From Octopus bimaculoides (lineage: Eukaryota): a stretch of 47,777 bases of DNA. The position numbers and the translations under genes were made by a program. Each line of letters opens with the position of its first letter. Position 1 is the first letter of the stretch. Positions 37,613 through 47,777 of this stretch are shown here, one piece after another. The notes under the pieces were generated by a model, which was given only the letters and a program-made list of their open reading frames with translations, had not been told where the DNA came from and ran no database searches. Where the stretch lies: contig NC_068993.1 of assembly GCF_001194135.2 (NCBI RefSeq), forward strand, positions 18,073,732 through 18,121,508. Reading direction: 5' to 3'.

Positions 37613-37990
37613 GTAGTTGTATGCTGTCAACTTAATGTGACAGTCCCATGAAGGGAATAATACTACTGTTGTTTAGACCTAGGAAGCTGCACCGCTTCCT
37701 GTCGGCCTTGACACATTTCCTGTGTCCTTATGTTTACAAGGTGGGGGGGACAAGCACCTCCACTCAACTAAGCCTGCATCCAGAGACATGTTTCTGACGA
37801 GCAAAGACTCAGAAACATGTCTCTGGATGCAGGCTTAGCTGGGTGGAGGTGCTTGTCTCCTCCTTGTAAACATAAGGACACAGGAAATGTGTCAAAGCCG
37901 ACAGGAAGCGGTGCAGCTTCTTAGGTCTAAACAACAGTAGTATTATTCCCTTCATGGGACTGTCACATTAAGTTGACAGCATACAACTAC
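37613..37990. repeat. Foldback element B: ~185-bp inverted arms (~96% identical), 11-nt loop
   Basis: 37613-37797 is the reverse complement of 37809-37990; the loop is CGAGCAAAGAC; the arms are homologous to element A. Confidence 0.95.
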
Positions 37991-38272
37991 ATCAGGTAAC
38001 CAAGCACAATTTTTTTGTTAAACAATGAAACAAAACAAATGTAGAAAATGGATAATTTATTATTGTTGTTAATGAACGTCACAAGGTCATATTTTATTTA
38101 ATACTTCGATATCTAATATGGCATCATTTAATTAAATATATAAGTGCCTTTATCAATTTATAATTGCTGTTTTGCTACAATTACGTAGCTAATTAGCGTT
38201 TATTACAAAAAATGTCTAGCTCTAGAACTTCTGACAACTTTCTCCATGTGTCGATTGTGTTAAATATTTCTT

Positions 38273-38316
<44 letters not shown>

Positions 38317-38849
38317 TGAGTGTATGTGTGCGCGCGCGCACTGCGTGGCACTTTGGTGGACAAATGTCTTCTAGAGTTCCAAGCCGAAAAACCTTGTGAG
38401 AGGATTTGGTAAACGGAAACTGAAAGAAGCCAGTCGTGTGAGTGTGTGTGCATGCGGTTTTATTATCTCCACCCCAAATGCTTAATAATGAGTTGGTTTG
38501 TTTACGTCTCTTAACAGTTTGAAAAAAAGAGTGATAGAATAAATACCAGACTTTAAAAAAATAATTACTGGGCTCGATTTGTTCAAGGCGGTGTCCCAGC
38601 ATAGCCGCAGCCCAATGACTGAAACAAGTAAAAGATAAAAGACAGGCAAACACACACGCATGCACGCATGCACACACACACACACATTCTTACTCAGAAT
38701 TAAGTTTTGGCGAAAGTGAAAGCTTCTGTAAAACTGAAAGTGAAAGTAGAGGGTTATAAAGTGCTTATTTGGGGAAAGATGACTGTCTAGTCAGTTCCTC
38801 GTAGACCATAAAGAATTCTCAAGAACTCTGTGGATGAGATGACACAAGT

Positions 38850-39400
38850 TACCTTATAGTTGTGGAGATAAATGAATAGAAATATTTCTTTACGAAAGAC
38901 TGATTTCTGAAGCTTATCATCGGCATTTCTGATGTGTAGCCAGTATAAAGTGGCATTTGGATTAATGGTAGGATTTTCATATATTACTCTAATATCACTT
39001 TCGGTGGTTATGATGTATGTATGCATGTATTTTTATGTATGGGTTAATAAGCAGTTTATTGTCGTAAAAAAATATGTATTTGTCCCCGCTCCCCACCAAA
39101 AATGAAACAAAATTGCAACAGAAACTGGAAGCGACAACAATGACAATAAAATTTCATAAAACGCGTTTGATATCCGATGGGTGGATTTTCTATGTGGGCC
39201 TCGGCAACTTATATACACAGTAGGTTATCACACACTCGATTTTCTTGATCCAAACGATGACAGCATCCATACACAGATTATAGAAGAGCGATGGATGCTT
39301 GCCAAAAAGAAAGTAAAACAACGTGTTATGGTGATATCTTTACACTATATCTTTATGAATATGGGTGAAGAAATAAATTCAGAGATCGTGGAAAAGTATG
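38850..39400 (+). mobile_element. Merlin (IS1016/ISXO2-like) DNA transposase fossil
   Basis: VVEINE*K (38859-38882; compare VVEIDESK), TRLISDGW, then ..THS.. and, in ORF 39181-39405, DFLDPNDDSIHTQIIEERWMLAKKKVK (compare NHS.NFVDP...HTQ.IE..W...K). Stops and frameshifts present. Confidence 0.7.
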
Positions 39401-39641
39401 CATGAATCTTGTTTCATGGATCAATAACTGTTGTTTTCTCGTAAATGTGATTGTTTTCATCTTATATATAATATATGTACGAATTTTATGTCATATGAAA
39501 TATGTGTACGTTCCATACTTTGGTTATATCACATACATTATTTACATGGGATGTCATTATAGTCACTCCCAATTTTTAACGCAATTTTGTCTCCTTGTCA
39601 GACAATTTGCTCTCACTATTTTACAACGGTAAACTGCATGT

Positions 39642-39896
39642 TACACGTAAAGAATAGTGTTAGTGTATTCAATAATGAAAGCTCGTTGTTAGTGTTAATG
39701 TGTTATTTTTGTTACAATACATATGTATACTAATATGTACGCGCGTATGTATGTTTGTATCCATAAATGTTAAGTGAAGATGTATTTATTAATGTTTCCT
39801 TTTAACCAAAGCAATATGTATTGTAACAAAAATAACACATTAACACTAACAACGAGCTTTCATTATTGAATACACTAACACTATTCTTTACGTGTA
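39642..39896. repeat. Perfect 83-bp inverted repeat with 89-nt spacer
   Basis: 39642-39724 is the exact reverse complement of 39814-39896. Confidence 0.9.
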
Positions 39897-40049
39897 TACT
39901 ACATACATACATGTGCATTATACATACATATATACATACACGCACACGATCAACACAGCTTCAGATCAAATAATTTGTCAGGCATTACACCACCGAAATA
40001 TATATATATGTATATATATATAATTAAATGGATAGTGGATTCTATGGTA

Positions 40050-40440
40050 TCTCTTTTATCTTTTACTTGTTTCTGTCGTTAGACTGTGGCCAAGCTGGGG
40101 TACCGCCTTGAAGAATTTTTAGTTTAATGAATAGATCCCAGTACTTTTTATCTTTTTTAAGCCAGGTACTTATTTTATCGATGTCGAACCGCTAAGTTAC
40201 GGGGACGTAAGCACACCAGCATCGGTTGTCAAGCGATGTGTGTTGTGGGGGCGGGGACAAAGGCACACACATACATATACGAAGGCGTCTTTCCGTTTCC
40301 ATCAATCATTTCCACTCACAAGGCTTTGGTTGGCACAAGGCTAGAGAAGACACTTCCCAAAGGTGTTACGCAGTGGGACTGAACCCTGAACTGTGTGGTT
40401 GGGAAGCAAGCTTCTTACAACACAGCCACTCCTGCGCCTA
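40050..40440 (-). mobile_element. Family A SINE, diverged
   Basis: Reverse-complement match to the head, core and tail of 840-1255. Confidence 0.75.
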
Positions 40441-40619
40441 TATATCTACAAATGTTCCATTAAGAGATTTTATTGTGATGTAACATTATATAAGGCATGT
40501 ATACACGTGCAAAATTTATGAGATTATGCAATATATTACAATTTATTTCACAAGTCTCCAGGTTATACTACAATTAAAACAGGTAAATAATGATATGCTG
40601 GTAAGTTGAAGGCCTTACA

Positions 40620-40651
<32 letters not shown>

Positions 40652-40988
40652 AAAGGTGGTGCTCCAGCATGGCCGCAGTCAATTGACTGAAACAAGTAAA
40701 AGAGATATATATATTCCAAAGAATCTAGTGCTCTTAGCTTAGATTTTCTTGGGGCTGGCCAGATTGGAGCAGTCTCAAGTGTAACCAGCCGAAATTGCAA
40801 CGACGGTCTGGAACTTGACTGACGATTGAAATCTCCGAATGACCTGTCCTTGTTTTTTCCTGTCCTTTTTTGTATCGTCTAACTGTCCAGATGTTTTGTT
40901 GTCACCTGTTATGTTCTTGTTCCATTTAAAAAATTTTTTTTTATCATATACATATACATATAGTGGTGTACGTATGCTTTTGGTCTCC

Positions 40989-41024
<36 letters not shown>

Positions 41025-41086
41025 AGCATGTGCCCTACATCTCTCTCTCAGCTGAGAGATCCTAGGCTTGCAGGCTCATGGATGCT

Positions 41087-41410
41087 GGTGCCATGTAAAA
41101 GTACCTGTGGATATGTGATGTAAAAGTACCTATGCAGGTATCACATAAAAGCACCTGTGATGGTGCCTTATAAAAGCGCCTGAGCTGGTACCATGTAAAA
41201 GAACCCATGCTAGTGCCTTATGAAAGCACCCATGCTGGTGCCACCTAAAAACATCCAGCACACTCTGCAAAATAGTTGGCATTAGGAAGGACATCCAGTG
41301 GACATCCAGCCAAAGAAACCATGCTACAACAGACAAATGGAGCCAGGGAAGTTCTCTAGCTGGTCAGCTTCTGTCAAATCGTCCAACCTATGCCAGTATA
41401 GAGAACAGAC
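41087..41410 (+). mobile_element. RTE 3'-tail element with 7 tandem stem-loop units
   Basis: Repeated GGT(G/A)C-N9-G(C/T)ACC units at 41087-41256, followed by the common tail (GTTGGCATTAGGAAGG..CATCCAG..GTCCAACC.ATGCCAG). Confidence 0.75.
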
Positions 41411-41694
41411 GTTCTGAATGAATTGACCAAATTTTGCAGGGATATTCAGATGCAACATGAAGAATAATATATGAACAAAAAAAATCACGAGTCTTAAGCC
41501 TCCTGGGGTAATGCAGGAACGAGTCAAGAAAATAAATATAGAGAAACAAAGTGGGCTGGAGTGACATTGTGGAGAAACAGTTTGTAATGTCAAAGTCTGT
41601 TTTTTTTCTTTGTTTTCAAGTCTCCCATTAACTTTTCTCTTACACACACAGTTTCTCCTTTTCCTTAATGTATGTATGTGTGTGTGTGTGTATG

Positions 41695-41737
<43 letters not shown>

Positions 41738-42361
41738 ATGCAAAGAAAGAGGGAAAATATCTTTTGAAATGTTGACATTAAAATTTCACATTTAAAAGTC
41801 ATATCTTTGAAAAGTTAGTATAAAGTTTCATATACCATGGAAGAGAGAAGATAATTTATACTTCCATTTTAAATTTAAATTTGTTTATATTTCTAAGATA
41901 ATCTGCTTTTATGCTCCGTCAATTAGAGCCCTTGTTTTTATGTGTGAGTATATCTCAAATTTATTAAAAAAATTAACAGTCCAATTTGCAGAGCGTTATA
42001 GAACATTATAAAAATATGAGCATATTTAAATCTAAACCAATGCAATAATATTTTATATCTACCATAGTAAAATGTATGTAATAATTATAAAATATAATTG
42101 TTTATATGAGAAATTTTAATAATGACTGCAATCCAATAAACATTAGCTATAAATTTTTGTGTGAAATGTAACTGTCCTCACTGTAATGTTAAAGAAACTG
42201 GTGGAATTTTTTAAATAAGCATTATTTTATATCAAATATTTACTAGTTTAAATGTTAAACAATGAAAGAAATTATCTTCTACCTTTGATGGTAATAACTA
42301 AGTTTTTGAAGATATGATTTTCAAATGAAGAATTTTAATAACCTATTTAAATCTCAGATAG

Positions 42362-44060
42362 CTCAAGCACAATATTCATGGTCCAAACTTATTTCAGGAT
42401 CTCAGACCAGCTACTCAATATGTCTGTGCAACATACTGCAAAACTCACCAGAGAAGAAGCCTTTAAGATGATAATGCAGACTGGAACAATATCTTGGAAG
42501 AGGTAGTGTATCTCTACAATCTCACATTCTCCAAACAAAATGAAGAGCCCTTTTCCTATCATTTTCTGTACCTATGCACTATCCATTCTCCAGCAACTTT
42601 GTCATAATTATCAAGGATCATGAGAGAAGACAATTTATCAAGGGCATCAAAAATAAAATAACTTACATCTAGAGTTTATCATTGCCATATACAACAAAGC
42701 ACTGACCACCATTGAAAATACTGTACAGTCCATTGTTAAGCAAGGATATTCAGTGTGAACTACCAGTTCCAGTATGAACTACAGCTGTAACTCTCAGTTG
42801 AGAGATTCTTCCATTTAACAAGTGGAATAGTATGTTCACCAATATGAAATACTCCAAATAAAGCAGATGGTGACATCTGACATGGAAGGAATGGTGCTTC
42901 TGGTGGCACAAGCCAAACTATTAGTTTCATCATCATCATTATCATCATCATCGTTTAACGTCCGCTTTCCATGCTAGCATGGGTTGGACGATTTGACTGA
43001 GGACTGGTGAAACCAGATGGCAACACCAGGCTCCATTCTGATTTGGCAGAGTTTCTACAGCTGGATGCCCTTCCTAACGCCAACCACTCAGAGAGTGTAG
43101 TGGGTGCTTTTACGTGTCACCCGCACGAAGGCCAGTCAGGCGGTACTGGCAACGGCCACGCTCAAAATGGTGTATTTTATGTGCCACCCGCACAAGAGCC
43201 AGTCAGTCCAGGGGCACTGGCCACTGAAGCAGATTGGTATTAAATTAGTATTAAAGTATCCTCATATGGAATTTGCTCACAAGTGGCAGAACTGCTCATT
43301 CTGTTTCTAATCTGCCACAGAAACTTGTACTCAGTGACAGTCATGTGTGCAATACTGGCAAAATAACTGGATAAGCAGGGGTTCCAAAGCAGGCCAAGCT
43401 AAAAGTATGAGATGAGAGCGCAATGTCTCTTACAAAATATCAGAGGTAACACCAAATCTCATGGGTGGAGTTGCAGTCTTGTTTTCTGGTGGTTTCAGAA
43501 ACTCAGCCAATAATTCCAAAGTGAACATCTGCTGATATGTTGAGAGCATGCTTTAAAGAAAACAAAATTAGGAGATGAGGAACAAAACCCATCTTTCCAC
43601 AAATATGAGAGATGCATTTAATAGAGATATCTCAGCAGCCTGATTTGCAGAGGTCTTACTTCAGTTGGAGGCCATGCTCTGCTCAGTTATCAGTTCACAC
43701 TAGTAGTGAAGATGGCAAGAAAAGCAAAAAAAAATTATACATAGAATAATCATGAATACATGTCTAGAAATGCTATTGAAAGTTTATTTATCAGCCTCTT
43801 ACTGAATTATAGAAACCATGAATGGTTTTCCAAATATGCCATCTTAGCTCCCCAAAGTGACATTATGTGAGCTATTGATGCTACCATCATACAACAGGTA
43901 GCAGTCCAATCCAGATGACAGAAGTTAGTTCATACTGTAGTTGTTATTCATCCAACAGAGTTCTCCAATCCTCTTTAGAACATTGTTAAGAAGATTGAGA
44001 ATCTGTAACTAGAAGCAGGAGCAAGTATTTTAACCAATCAGCATACAGCTTGAGCATTGC
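42362..44060 (+). mobile_element. Helitron RepHel fossil (pre-helicase and PIF1-like helicase segments), interrupted by an RTE-tail element
   Basis: LKHNIHGPNLFQDLRPATQYVCATYCKTHQRRSL*DDNADWNNILEEV (compare LLHNVRGPTSFEDLRT...CPTYREACQRLGLLEDDAHWD.TL.EA), SPNKMKSPFPIIF, and YRNHEWFSKYAILAP...HPTEFSNPL (compare NH.WL.ERAILAP.N...YPTEFLNSL). Confidence 0.8.
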
Positions 44061-44494
44061 ATCACAGTTTGATGAATATGATAAGAGTTGACAGTGGCAG
44101 CATTTATTCATACAAACATTTTAACCAATCAGAGTTGCTAATAGAGCTTTTGGCTACAACCAGATGTTGAGAAAAATCTGATACTTCGAACCTTAACTCT
44201 TTTGTTTTATTTTAAATGAAATTAAGTTCAAATTTGGATTAATAATACTGTCAATATTTCGTTTTTGTATTTAGTTTGCAAGATTCTTTATATGAATTTG
44301 TGTGTTGAAGCATATTCTTTGTGTCTGGAGAGTCATTCTGTTTTAATGCCTTATTAATTAACACTCACCAGTTCAATTTCCACTCATTTACTTTTTTTTT
44401 TTTTTTTTTTTTCTAAAATTTTTGTTGCTTTTTGCATCCTCTTCAATAGTTGCTTACTCTGTCTGTTTTTGGAGCTGAATTCTTTTTGTTTGCT

Positions 44495-44533
44495 TGTGTG
44501 CATGTATGTGCATCAATGTATATGTGTATACAC

Positions 44534-44564
<31 letters not shown>

Positions 44565-44929
44565 TGTATGCATGTATGTGTGTGTGTGTGTATGCATATA
44601 TATATATATATATATATGCATGCATGTGTGTACATTTGTATGTATGTATTCTACATATTCATCTGTTTGTGTGTGTGTATACCTCTGTCTCCTTGTGTAT
44701 GTGTGTTTGAGTGTGTCTACGTGTATGGATTTGTGACTATGTACGCGCATCTGTTATTTGGATGTGTGTCTCCATATGTGTCCTTGTGTGTGGAGTGTGC
44801 ATGCGTGTAAATGGTCATATGTTTTTCCATCTCCTTTTGTGTGTGTGTGTGTGTGTGTGTTTGTCTGTCTGTACTACCTATGTACCAATCTATCTACTTA
44901 TCTCTTTGCCTATATATCCATTTACCTAC

Positions 44930-44975
<46 letters not shown>
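44495..44975. repeat. Compound (TATG)n/(TG)n/(TA)n low-complexity tract
   Basis: Direct reading. Similar tracts lie at 1530-1620, 3650-3901, 4449-4690, 7820-7946, 23645-23880 and 45890-46035. Confidence 0.9.
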
Positions 44976-44977
<2 letters not shown>

Positions 44978-45942
44978 CCCTACATAACAACCTACTAACA
45001 AATCTACCTGTGTATGTATAAACTGTGGGTGTTGGTGGTCAATATTACTATAGTTTTTGACTAAAATCAAATTTAAATCAATATTGATATCATTATCATT
45101 TTCACTATTCTCCATTCAGAAGGGGCTGTTAAATTTATAATTTTTTTTACTCTTACACCTTTCCTAACTTCACTAAAGTCATTAAGTTTGAAAACTGAGA
45201 ATATTAAAAACATTTTCTTACCATATATTTTTAAATGATTGCTTAATAGGATGTAGTCTTTAATCTGTGACCAGTGTACTCATGTGCATTCTGATCATGA
45301 ATTTTTTGTCTGGCCAATGACATATTTCCCTACAATTCAAGCATCTGATGCAACATACCAGACTTCTGCTTTTACAGTAGATATTTCGTTTGAAAATGAT
45401 TTTCTTTCAGTTTTTGTGTTGATATAGTGAACTGGTATATATGATATGACATGTACCACGAAATCTGACATTGCATTTGAATACCTCCATTGTTGCTTTG
45501 ATCAAATTTCATCTTTGTCAACAATTGCTTCAAGTTTTCTGGCTGCCTTTTAATTTGAAAAAAAATGTATGATTGGTAATTAGGTCTTTCAGGTTGTTAC
45601 TTCATCTGATGAAAGGCAAGTTTTATTTTGTGACATCAAAAATATTTTATGATGTAAATTGTGTCATGAGAAAAAAAGGTATGATATTCTGGTTTTGTGT
45701 TCCGCTTTCTTGGATTGCTCTAGGCTTGTTCTACAGGCATTTGAATACCAGGTGAATATATTTGTTTGAGTAGGAACACTTTGAGTTCTGTGACTGGTTT
45801 GCTTCTAGTATCTGCATCACACACACATACATACACAAACATATAAATACATATACACAGTTGAGATGTGACATCAACAATCATTAGTACTGTTAGTTAT
45901 ATGTATGTGTATGTGTGTATGTATGTATATATACATACATAC

Positions 45943-45975
<33 letters not shown>

Positions 45976-45979
45976 CACA

Positions 45980-46037
<58 letters not shown>

Positions 46038-46066
46038 GGCCAAGACAATAGAAAAANNNNNNNNNN

Positions 46067-46340
46067 AAAATTTCAAGGAACTCCTTGAAATTTTGGGTAT
46101 TTGAGTATATTTAAGAATTTAAGGATTGGAGAAAACGCATGTTATAATTGCATACTTTATTCCTACATGTGTTTCAAAGGATTACAACCTGTGTGATCCA
46201 TTGTAACCTTCTCTGATGAGAAGGTTACAATTTTAATATCAAAGATCCCTATGGATCACACAGGTTGTAATCCTTTGAAACACATGTAGGAATAAAGTAT
46301 GCAATTATAACATGCGTTTTCTCCAATCCTTAAATTCTTA
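46067..46340. repeat. Nested perfect palindromes in a short contig between two N-gaps
   Basis: 13-bp arms at 46067-46094; 90-bp arms at 46112-46201 and 46251-46340; internal 14-bp arms at 46200-46231. Confidence 0.85.
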
Positions 46341-47230
46341 TNNNNNNNNNNNNNNNNNNNNNNNNNNNNNNNNNNNNNNNNNNNNNNNNNNNNNNNNNNN
46401 NNNNNNNNNNNNNNNNNNNNNNNNNNNNNNNNNNNNNNNNNNNNNNNNNNNNNNNNNNNNNNNNNNNNNNNNNNNNNNNNNNNNNNNNNNNNNNNNNNNN
46501 NNNNNNNNNNNNNNNNNNNNNNNNNNNNNNNNNNNNNNNNNNNNNNNNNNNNNNNNNNNNNNNNNNNNNNNNNNNNNGTATTGTCCTTGTCTTCGAAGCG
46601 CGGAGTAGATGGAGCAGGGACAACTGAAGAAGGGTTATACTCTTTATGTTTCATGTCTCATTTCTCTGTTTGTTTTTTTCGTTGTTCGAAAAAAAGTTCG
46701 TTTTCTGTCTTTGTCTTTATGTTTTCGTTTCTCATTGTGGTTAACGTTTTTTGTGATGTCCTGTACCCATATATGCTTGTATGTATACATATAGATGTCG
46801 GTATGTACATATATGTATGGATATATGCATATAATTATATATTATTTATGTTATATATATATATATACACACACAGAAGATGTGAGGAGTTTAGGTCAAG
46901 CTGACTCAAACAATTAGGTATGAGTTCTGACTGCTCAAGTAGGTGTGCCACCAAAATTCCAGTAACAACACTCATTGAAGTTCTGGTTGTGTAAAGTATT
47001 GTTCAAAAACGGCTAATGGTGGCTTCCCTTGGAGTCAGTAGGTATAGGATAAAGTAGTGAGGAAAGGCAAACAATTAGTCAAGGCAGGACTTCGGCATCT
47101 GATTTCATTTAATTTAATCTCAAAAATTTAGCTACATAACGAATGGTAAAAATAGTACAAAACTGATAAAGATAGTCTCTGAGAGCTGTTTGTGAGATAT
47201 CCCAGCTATTGGGGGTCTCATATTAAGTGA

Positions 47231-47532
47231 AGACTCTGTAAGTTGGGTATTCTGTCATTGGAGAAATATCGGTTAGACAGTGGAATGAATGTGCCACACC
47301 AATGATATTTGTCGTGGAAAGCATTCTTTCCCTTTTCTCACCATGCTGTACCACTAAACCACTCTTTCTGATCATGGATTTACCTGCAAAGGACCCAAAC
47401 CAACTGGATTTAATTGGACCCTTCTACCCTCCTAGACATAATGATCCATAACAAATATCATTAATGAGGAATATTCTTTCCACTGCCTAAGCTATATTTC
47501 TCCGATGACAATATACCCAGCTTATAGATTCT
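47231..47532. repeat. Degenerate inverted repeat, ~82-bp arms (old MITE)
   Basis: AGACTCTGTAAGTTGGGTATTCTGTCATTGGAGAAATATCGGTTAGACAGTGGAA...AATGATATTTGT matches the reverse complement of 47451-47532 with scattered mismatches. Confidence 0.75.
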
Positions 47533-47777
47533 TTGATTGATACAAACACTCCAATCATCATCAGCATCATCATCATCGTTTAACGTCCGCTTTCCATGCT
47601 AGCATGGGTTGGATGATTTGATTGAGGACTGGTGAAACCGGATGGCAACACCAGGCTCCAATCTAATTTGGCAGAGTTTCTACAGCTGGATGCCCTTCCT
47701 AACGCCAACCACTCAGAGAGTGTAGTGGGTGCTTTTACGTGTCACCCGCACAAAAACGGCCACGCTCGAAATGGTGT

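Noticed and set aside
38787-39026. 79-aa minus-strand ORF with a good AAG|GTAACT donor
   Set aside because: No resemblance to synaptojanin or any protein I recognise; it is the antisense of the Merlin remnant.
40820-40850. CTGACGA...CCGAATGACCTGTC
   Set aside because: GAAA is replaced by GAAT and stems I and II do not pair convincingly.
42667-42688. Minus-strand ATG GCA ATG ATA AAC TCT AGA T|GTAAGT (MAMINSR), phase-compatible with the SYNJ1 87-nt exon
   Set aside because: It lies inside the Helitron fossil and would omit about 35 conserved N-terminal residues; only MAM resembles synaptojanin.
44443-45021. Clusters of Y/I/C/V/H/T-rich ORFs (also 3615-3843, 4327-4742, 23648-23920, 24411-24763)
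   Set aside because: These are translations of (TA)n, (TG)n, (TATG)n and the AT-rich minisatellite.
46213-46220. CTGATGAG hammerhead-like heptamer
   Set aside because: No stem II or GAAA partner; it is the loop of a probable artefactual palindrome.
46624-46660. CTGAAGAAGGG, resembling a Penelope hammerhead start
   Set aside because: No CCCGAAA or stem III follows in the available sequence.

Overview
AT-rich, repeat-dense eukaryotic DNA with 8 N-gaps. It is most likely an octopod cephalopod (Octopus sp.), inferred from the SINE families, the (ATG)n-tailed RTE elements and the microsatellite load. The only host gene I can support is synaptojanin (SYNJ1-like; N-terminal part of the Sac1 domain) on the minus strand. 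Two phase-compatible coding exons (21055-20969 and 8408-8141) are separated by a 12.6 kb intron. I could not find the start-codon exon or the next exon, so most or all of the window is probably intronic. The rest is transposon debris: a Penelope-like GIY-YIG fragment, a 5'-truncated RTE LINE with many dispersed copies of its 3' tail, a Tc1 remnant, Ty3/gypsy, hAT, Merlin and Helitron fossils, a possible piggyBac end, three tRNA-derived SINE families and several MITEs. The most interesting unannotated structure is RNA-level: several minimal type-I hammerhead-ribozyme motifs with palindromic stem III (best at 2048-2153 minus and 4199-4247 plus), two related ~375 bp foldback elements, other long inverted repeats that could be ADAR substrates, and a 7-copy array of a small LINE-tail stem-loop. 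These fit known element classes; I see no evidence of a wholly new protein-coding system. All homology calls come from my own reading of the sequence, not from database searches.
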